Part shown: positions 1-6,634 of the stretch, one piece after another
Position numbering within the stretch: the first letter of the stretch is position 1
Layout: every line of letters starts with the position of its first letter
NCBI RefSeq assembly: GCF_006345805.1
Contig: NW_021829016.1
Location: 1 to 7,051 of the forward strand
From: Octopus sinensis
Lineage: Eukaryota
Reading direction: 5' to 3'
DNA length: 7,051 nt
Made by a program: the position numbers and the translations under genes
The notes under the pieces: generated by a model
The model's input: only the letters and a program-made list of their open reading frames with translations
The model's database searches: none
Told to the model about the DNA's origin: nothing

Positions 1-600
1 GGTCACCACCACTACGACTACTACTACTACAACCATTACTACTATTCTACCCCACCACCACCACAACCATCTCCCCACCGACACTATAATTACATCACAA
101 CACCACTGCTACCACTACCACCATCACCTGTACGATCATTACTATCACTAACACATATACACACACACACACGCCGCACACAGACGTACGACGCACAACA
201 ACACGCACGCACACACACACGCTACGACACAGACGTACGCACACACACACACGCACACATACTACCATCACGTCACAACCGCAACCACCTCTACCGTCAT
301 TAATTACCTTTTCATAACCACCACCTCGACCCACCATAACTGCTACCGCCACCACCACCAACACTAGTACCACTATCGCTACCACCACCACCAATTACAC
401 ATTCTCAACCACCACCACCACCACTGCCATCAGTAACACCTTTACAAACACCGCCACGATCGCATTCAATTACACCGCCACAACCACCACCACATTCAGC
501 CCCTATACCACCGTCACCACCACCACCGTTTACACGGTCACAAACACCGCCGCCACCGCCGCCGCCGCTACCACTACCATTATTAACACCAATATCAACA
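1..600. repeat. Degenerate (ACC/ACT/GCC)n low-complexity tract with an embedded (CA)n/CACG block at about 153-262
   Basis: Directly visible triplet periodicity and CA runs. Confidence 0.9.
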
Positions 601-689
601 GCCAGCCACTCAGCCAGTCATATTACAAATTTCACAAGAAACAACAACAAAAACCCCCCGAAGAAGCCCCGATGCCTATTTGATGCAGC

Positions 690-762
690 TCGACCAATCA
701 GCGTCGCTTAGTTTTGTTAGTGGCTTTCCATATAAAGCAGCGAGTTGAAGACACGGCCAAAT
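690..762 (+). promoter_or_regulatory. Candidate Pol II core promoter: CCAAT box plus TATA box
   Basis: GACCAATCAG (CCAAT at 694-698) matches the NF-Y consensus and TATAAAG lies at 731-737. The spacing is canonical for a TSS near 760. Located in non-repetitive sequence and oriented toward Dbx. Function is inferred only. Confidence 0.45.
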
Positions 763-1019
763 GGAAGAAAGGTGAATCGATTTTATTCAGGTGAGACCAT
801 AACGCAACAAACTATAGTTGTTTGTTATATTTTTCCGAAAAAAAATATATTGAGACAAATATACAGATCAACGTTATGTATTTCCAGACCTAGAAAAAGA
901 GATATATGTATGTATATTTGATATGTTGTAGTAGAAACACGACTGCCTATGCGTAGATATATTAATGTATACAAATATATAGGATCGCTGTGTGTTTTCA
1001 GAATTTCGTGTCATCTGTT

Positions 1020-1020
<1 letters not shown>

Positions 1021-1072
<52 letters not shown>
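1021..1072. repeat. Perfect (AGAT)13 tetranucleotide microsatellite
   Basis: 52 nt uninterrupted. Confidence 0.97.
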
Positions 1073-1185
1073 TGCAGTATTTATTACATATTTATTTCAT
1101 CGCTCATTTACTTTCGGAAGAGATTTACGGAAAAGTCAAATGATAAAAAAAAAACGGCAAATTAGAGAGATTGATTAAACTATGA

Positions 1186-1313
1186 ACACACACACACACA
1201 CACACACACATACACACACACATACACACACACACACCACACAATTGTGTGTGTGTGTATATGTGTCTGTGTCTGTGTGTGTGTGTGTGTATGTGTGTGT
1301 GTGTGTGTGTATG
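1186..1313. repeat. (CA)n followed by (TG)n, forming an imperfect inverted repeat
   Basis: A CA arm and a TG arm are joined by the palindrome CACACAATTGTGTG (1238-1251). Confidence 0.93.
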
Positions 1314-1741
1314 CAGGCAGACATAATTAATGGCTATTACATACGATTAACATATTTAGAAGTACGTACACACGCAGATTCGCAAAATATAAACACACAC
1401 TCTAACACAAACACGCAAACATATGCGTGTGTGTATATAAATATATATATATATGTTTGTGTGTGTAGAACGCACACCTCTTGTATAAATAATTGCACTT
1501 TAACACAATTTTACATATTTCGTAATTGCTTCACTAACTGTTTCCGGCTATCCATTCGGGTACACACGCATACATGCATACAACACACGAAGAAAAAGTA
1601 ACAACGGACCGTAACATCTTTCCTCTCATTCGAACTTGTGTATTATAGACGAGCATTTTTATTATATACACTCACTCAACGAATACCACTGATATTTTAT
1701 CGAACTGTAGTTTTACATATTACATGCGCATACATGTGTGT

Positions 1742-1813
1742 TAGTTGTTATTGTTGTTATTATTATCATTATTACTATTATTATTATTATTTTATTATTA
1801 TTATTATTATTAT

Positions 1814-1851
<38 letters not shown>

Positions 1852-1889
1852 AGTAGTAGTAGTATCATTATTATTGTTATTATTATTGT

Positions 1890-1922
<33 letters not shown>

Positions 1923-1955
1923 TATTATTATTGCTGCTGTTGTTGTTGATGTTAT
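1742..1955. repeat. Compound trinucleotide microsatellite (TTG/TTA/GTA)n
   Basis: Directly visible; source of the poly-I/L/V/Y/N ORFs in the track. Confidence 0.95.
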
Positions 1956-2335
1956 TCAATCGTAAATTATGTTGTTTGTTTTTATTTGTCTGTTTACATT
2001 TATTTATTAACATGCTAATATCAACAGATTCATGTTATTTCTATATACCTCGTATGATATACTAACTACATCAGTGCCATCCTATATACACCACGCTATG
2101 TGATGTCTGCGTGTGTGTGTGTAAAGACAAACATACAGATATATGACTAAGTACACACACAACACACACATATATATATATAATTTATAGTTAACACTTC
2201 CTTGTTTTACCTTTTCTCTGTATTTTGTTTTCCCAAATACAAATACATACATATATGTATATATATATATGCATTCACATACGCACACAAATTTGTACGT
2301 ACCTACGTACGAACGTACGAACGTATGTATGCATG

Positions 2336-2339
<4 letters not shown>

Positions 2340-2393
<54 letters not shown>

Positions 2394-2405
2394 ATATATA
2401 TATAT
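2340..2405. repeat. (TA)n microsatellite with one phase interruption
   Basis: Directly visible. Confidence 0.96.
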
Positions 2406-2528
2406 GAATGAAGGCATGTATGCATCATAGATGAGGTAATGACGTTGATACGGATCAAAGATAGTAATTAGTTCGATCGCAATTACTTTTCCTCTTCCTG
2501 TCTATTATCATCGTCACCCTCATTAAGA

Positions 2529-2579
2529 TTATTATTATTGCTCTTCTTCTTCTTGTTCTTCATATTATTATTATTATTA

Positions 2580-2618
<39 letters not shown>

Positions 2619-2652
2619 CATTATTATTATAATTATCATTATTATTATTATT
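2529..2652. repeat. Compound (TTC)/(TTA)n microsatellite
   Basis: Directly visible. Confidence 0.93.
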
Positions 2653-2895
2653 GTTTTTCTTCTTTCAATTTTGTTTTCATTTGTTGCCGAGTGCCTTCCC
2701 GATACCTAGGGAAAAGAACATTATAATTATTATGATTATTATTTATTCATTTATTTTGCAGGTTACCGACCCAGCCTGTTATCACTCCGTTGTGTATACA
2801 CCTCTTCTTTATTTTTTTCTTCTCTGACGCTGTAATATGTAAAACATACAAACACACGTACACGAAAAAGAAAAACTCACTCTCGGACAGATTGG

Positions 2896-2914
2896 CACAC
2901 ACACACACACACAC
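2896..2914. repeat. (CA)n microsatellite
   Basis: Directly visible. Confidence 0.92.
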
Positions 2915-3033
2915 GTTTGCTAAAAGGAAAAATGTATGTCAAAAGAAAACTTCATCTTAGAGGAAACTTCCTACAAAAATAGCAGTCAAAGTACAAAAAT
3001 ATTGAGCAATAATATGCAAACTGAATAACATTT

Positions 3034-3106
3034 ACACACACACACATACACACACACACACACACACAATACATACACACATATAAACACATACATACAT
3101 ACATAC
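3034..3106. repeat. (CA)n grading into (CATA)n
   Basis: Directly visible. Confidence 0.92.
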
Positions 3107-3483
3107 TGGCAAAAAGACAGACATGACAACTGAGTTGATATCGTCCAAATTTCAATGAAAGAACCCATGTTTATGGGTTCCAAGACCGCGTCTTCCTATT
3201 AATGGTTAAATATTTATAAGATATGAGAAACCGACAGACATTTCCATAGAAAACAAAAAGGAGAAAAGAAGAAAATAAAAAGACAACGATGATTTGCTAC
3301 CACCCAAATATTATTCCTGCTACCTATATACTTTTGCCATTGCAAGGCCAATATTTACCGGATTCCGGAACTGAAGAACATAGCAACACTTAATCTTTAA
3401 CGGTACTGAAAATTCTTACACACGATAAGTCGGTCCAGTAAGTGAAAAAGAATTCTCTTATTTGTTGCGTGCTCTAACACGTG

Positions 3484-3519
<36 letters not shown>

Positions 3520-3536
3520 ATATATATTATATATAT

Positions 3537-3582
<46 letters not shown>
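3484..3582. repeat. About 100 bp (TA)n microsatellite with a few interruptions
   Basis: Directly visible; ends about 515 nt upstream of the Dbx ATG. Confidence 0.96.
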
Positions 3583-3586
<4 letters not shown>

Positions 3587-3915
3587 CCAACGCGTCTCAT
3601 TTCAAAAAATATATTGAAAGGGACCAGCATTTTTATCTCTACCTCGAAGAAGGGATTTATCCGAAACGTCGGAAACTTATCCTCACAACGGCATAATAAT
3701 TTGAATATCTTTACTCTTATACGTATATGTATATTTTATATACATATACACAAATATTCTCCGTTCTGCTTCGTCGTTTTCTTTATTTCAATGTATGACC
3801 GACAACAAACCTACACCGATTACAATAACTACAATGGCAGCAAAAGCAACAAGTAAGAAAATAAACTATTGCAAAGAATTATAATAATTACAAGAAGAAA
3901 AAAAATAAAACAAAA

Positions 3916-3939
3916 ATGAGCAACTACCACAACTTTTAA
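3916..3939 (+). other. Short upstream ORF MSNYHNF*, in frame with the Dbx CDS
   Basis: AAAAATG AGC AAC TAC CAC AAC TTT TAA, starting 183 nt before the main ATG. Relevant only if this region is transcribed. Confidence 0.4.
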
Positions 3940-4098
3940 TCTATCTGCCATAACGACAACGATAACAACGATAACAACATCAAACGATACCTTCAAGGCT
4001 CACAAAACAGCAACAGCAACAGCAACAACACTGACGCAAGTCATTCAATCATCCGATCAACAACGACATCTACAAGAGCCAAGAGACAACCCCTAAAC

Positions 4099-4764
4099 AT
4101 GTTCAACAACGTGTTGGCTCCTTCGCCCATTTACCACCAGAGTGTGTTCCGCGTCTCCCCGATGGCGCTGGCCACGCCGCCGCCTCCGCCGCCACCGCCG
4201 CCGCCCCCTCCTCCGCCGCCGCCGCCCACGGTCACCACGGCTTCGACGTCGTTCCTGGTGGAGAACCTGCTCCGAGATCGAACCCCGCCCCTCATTTCCC
4301 GTTGTGCCGCCGCAATGACAACAAACTCGAACTCTCTCTCCTCCTCCTCCTCCTCCCCCTGTTCTCCCTCCGCCGCAGCAGCGGCAGCAGCAGCGGCAGC
4401 CGCAGCAGCAGCAGCGGCCACCGCCAACACCACCTGCACCACCACCACCACGACTAACAACAACAACAACAACAACCACAACAACTTCAGCAACAACATC
4501 AACACCAGTAACACGTCATTGACTTTAGTGAACACACCCCCTTCGCTACACCACCCCTCCCATACGTCATCACACTTATCGTCCTCGTCGCCATCATCAT
4601 CACTATCATCATCGCTGTCTCTAACATCGCCGTCGTCATCATCCTTATCATCGTCATCATCATCATTATCATCGTCATCACCGTCATCGTCGTCATTATT
4701 GTCCTCAGTCAATCCGTCTTCGAACTGTTCCTCGCTGTCCACTTTGTCTCTACACATTCCGGGT

Positions 4765-4796
<32 letters not shown>

Positions 4797-5515
4797 CGGT
4801 GGCTGCAACAGTAGCAATAGTAATAGTAGTAGTAGCAGCAGTAACAGTAGTAGCAGCAGTAGTAGTAGTAGTAGTAGTAGTAGTAATAGTAGCAACTGTA
4901 ATAATAACAATAGTAGTAATAATAATAATAATAGTAGTAGTAATGGCAGTAGTGGTGGTGTTAGTAATGGTAATATTAATGGTATGGGTGTGATGGGGAT
5001 AGTAGGAGTTTGCGGCGGCGGCGGCGGCGGTGGTGGTGGTGGTGGTAGTGATAGCGTTGGGAGCAGTGGCGACGGGAGTGGTAGTGAGGGGGTCGGGAGT
5101 ATGGGTTGTAACAGCAGCAACGGCGCAGGTAGTTTCGACTGTGAAGGCAATGTGGGCGGAGGTAATCATCACCACAGCCACAACCATCACAGCAACAACA
5201 ATCTCAACAACAACAACAACAACCACAATAATCCCCATAACAACAGCAACAACAACAACAACACGACGTCGCTGGCGGGTGCAGTGAGTGCGGCGGCGGC
5301 GGCGCGATCAGCCGTGGCCGCTGCTGCAGCGGCGGCCGCTTGTGCGGCTGCGCACGCTGCCGCTGCCGCCGCTGCAGAGCCGGTGACAGGCAGGACAACA
5401 CCCTCGTGCCCGACCGGTTCAGTTGGAAGCATGGCTGCAGGAGGTGGTGTCACAACACCTTTCCTTAAATTTGGAATGAACGCAATACTGGCGCCGGACA
5501 CAACACCGAAACAAG
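4099..5515 (+). CDS. Dbx: First coding exon of a Dbx-family homeobox transcription factor (472 codons + 1 nt; homeodomain not in window)
   Basis: ATG at 4099 in AAAC-ATG context is the first Met after an in-frame TAA at 3937-3939. Motifs MFNNVLAP, TSFLVENLLR (aa 50-59) and TPFLKFGMNAIL (aa 453-464) match, in order, the vertebrate DBX1 N-terminal motifs as I recall them (MMFPGLLAP, SSFLVEDLIR, TTFLKFGVNAIL). The frame stays open for 1.4 kb through many triplet repeats and ends at a consensus donor. The related Hlx shares LKFG-type motifs, but the three-motif set fits Dbx better. Confidence 0.88.
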
Positions 5516-5521
5516 GTAAGT
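5513..5521 (+). other. 5' splice donor AAG|GTAAGT, phase 1
   Basis: Perfect consensus donor; the intron starts at 5516, 8 codons plus 1 nt after the FLKFGMNAIL motif. The ORF-track tail (KFSL*) is intronic read-through. Confidence 0.9.
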
Positions 5522-5540
5522 TCTCTTTATAGTATTTCAT

Positions 5541-5574
5541 ATAATAATAATAATATAATAATAATAATAATAAT
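5541..5574. repeat. (AAT)n tract, probable 3' tail of SINE copy 1
   Basis: Lies next to the 3' end of the minus-strand SINE and 25 nt from the splice donor. Confidence 0.85.
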
Positions 5575-5584
5575 GACAATAGTA

Positions 5585-5776
5585 ATCCTTTCTGCAATAG
5601 TTTGAAATTTTCGGGGAAGGGGTCTAGACGATTGCATCCAACCCCTTATCTTATTTTATGGAACCCTAAAGGATAAAAAAGCAAAGTCAACCGCGGCAGA
5701 ATTTGAACTCAGAACACGAAGACGGACGAAAATCATTTCGCCCGGCGTGCTACCGATTCTACCAGCTCACTGCCCT
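5585..5776 (-). mobile_element. tRNA-derived SINE copy 1 (octopus-type), with internal deletion
   Basis: Plus strand reads AAAGTCAACCGCGGCAGAATTTGAACTCAGAAC...CATTTCGCCCGGCGTGCTA...CCAGCTCACTGCCCT. The minus strand carries a B-box-like GTTCAAATTC (5699-5708). Clearly homologous to the three downstream copies. Confidence 0.85.
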
Positions 5777-5804
5777 GATGATGATGTCAATGATGAGGAT
5801 GATG

Positions 5805-6015
5805 ATCCTTTCTACTAAAGGCACAAGGCCTGGAACTGGGAGGTGGGGTACTATTCGATTATATCGACCCCAGTGTTTCACTGGTACTTACTCTATCGAC
5901 CCCAAAAGGATGAAATGGAAAGTTGACCTCGGCGGAATTTGAACTTAGAACGTAAAGACGGACAAAATACCGCAAAGCATTTTACCGGCGTGCTAATGAT
6001 TCTGCCAGCTCGCCG

Positions 6016-6018
<3 letters not shown>
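5805..6018 (-). mobile_element. tRNA-derived SINE copy 2, the most intact copy
   Basis: Minus strand begins AGGCGGCGAGCTGGCAGAATCATTAGCACGCCGG, with an A-box-like TGGCAGAATC and a B-box GTTCAAATTCC (5934-5944). The 5' GGCGG can pair with the downstream CCGCC like a tRNA acceptor stem. Resembles the abundant Octopus tRNA-derived SINEs as I recall them. Confidence 0.9.
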
Positions 6019-6019
<1 letters not shown>

Positions 6020-6060
<41 letters not shown>

Positions 6061-6090
6061 TAATAATAGTAATAATAATAATGATAATAA

Positions 6091-6120
<30 letters not shown>
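6020..6120. repeat. (AAT)n then (AGT)n tract between SINE copies 2 and 3
   Basis: Directly visible. Confidence 0.95.
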
Positions 6121-6121
<1 letters not shown>

Positions 6122-6318
6122 TCCAAATTTTGGTAGAGGGCCAGGAATTGTGTGGGAAAGTGGGGAAGTCGATTACATTGGTTTCAGCTACTTTATTTTA
6201 TCAATCCTGAAAAGATGAAAATGCAAAATTGATTTCACCATCATTTGAACTCAGAACGTATAGAGCCGGAAGAAATGCTGCTACGCATTTATTCCGACAC
6301 CTTCACGATTTTACCACC
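6121..6318 (-). mobile_element. tRNA-derived SINE copy 3 (divergent variant, decayed 5' end)
   Basis: Shares TTTGAACTCAGAACGTA (6244-6260) and GAAAAGATGAAA, plus a G-rich block and GTCGATTACAT. Its 3' end (TTCCAAATTTTGG) and head (GAGCCGGAAGAAATGCTGCTA) differ from the other copies. Confidence 0.78.
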
Positions 6319-6354
6319 ACAACAACAACATTGACAAGAATAATAATAACAATA

Positions 6355-6570
6355 ATCTTTTTTACAATAAGCACGAGGCCTGGAAATTGGTGGGTGGGGG
6401 TAAGTCGGTTACATCATTCCCAGTGCGTAACTGGTACTTATTTAATCAACTCTGAAAAGATGAAAAGCAAAGTCGACCTCAGCTGAGTTTGAACTCAGAA
6501 TGTAAAGACGGACAAAATACTAATAAGCATTTCGCCCGGTATGCTAAAGATTTTGCCCATTCGCCGCTCT
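6355..6570 (-). mobile_element. tRNA-derived SINE copy 4
   Basis: GCACGAGGCCTGGAAATT...CCAGTGCGTAACTGGTACTTA...AAAGTCGACCTCAGCTGAGTTTGAACTCAGAATGTAAAGACGGAC...TTCGCCGC aligns end to end with copy 2 by eye. Confidence 0.88.
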
Positions 6571-6581
6571 TATTAGCAACG

Positions 6582-6634
<53 letters not shown>
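6582..6634. repeat. (AAT)n microsatellite flanking the 5' end of SINE copy 4
   Basis: Directly visible. Confidence 0.96.

Noticed and set aside
95-3856. All ORF-track entries upstream of Dbx (for example 1182-1601, 1638-2065, 2082-2411, 2538-2726, 2952-3183, 3481-3856)
   Set aside because: The translations are dominated by HT/VC/YI dipeptide or homopolymer runs that come directly from microsatellites. No coding signature.
4131-5150. 339-aa minus-strand ORF and the other ORFs overlapping 4093-5597
   Set aside because: These are antisense or alternate-frame shadows of the triplet-repeat-rich Dbx exon. They give poly-L/V/T/C runs with no recognisable motif.
5461-5490. Assignment to Hlx/H2.0 instead of Dbx
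   Set aside because: Hlx has a similar LKFG motif, but as I recall it reads LKFGIDRIL. The NAIL ending plus the upstream SFLVE and MF..LAP motifs fit Dbx. The homeodomain sequence would be decisive.
5516-5532. Complete single-exon 477-aa gene ending GKFSL*
   Set aside because: The stop lies 14 nt past a perfect donor and no homeodomain is present. A spliced continuation is much more likely.
5516-5776. Antisense Pol III read-through from the SINEs into the Dbx exon
   Set aside because: Copy 1 has a T6 run on the transcribed strand (A6 at 5675-5680) right after its tRNA-like head, and the other copies have internal T4 runs. Termination before the exon is expected.
5930-6018. Functional tRNA gene on the minus strand
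   Set aside because: It has A/B boxes and an acceptor-like stem, but no convincing anticodon arm by eye. It continues into a body shared with three other copies, so it is a SINE head.
5585-6570. CRISPR-like or satellite interpretation of the repeated ~200-bp units
   Set aside because: The units are long, divergent and unevenly spaced (236, 306 and 244 bp) and carry Pol III boxes. The context is eukaryotic with no cas genes.
5585-6570. Duplication of a SINE dimer (deleted/full/deleted/full pattern)
   Set aside because: Copies 1 and 3 differ in head sequence, 3' end and deletion junction, which favours independent insertions.
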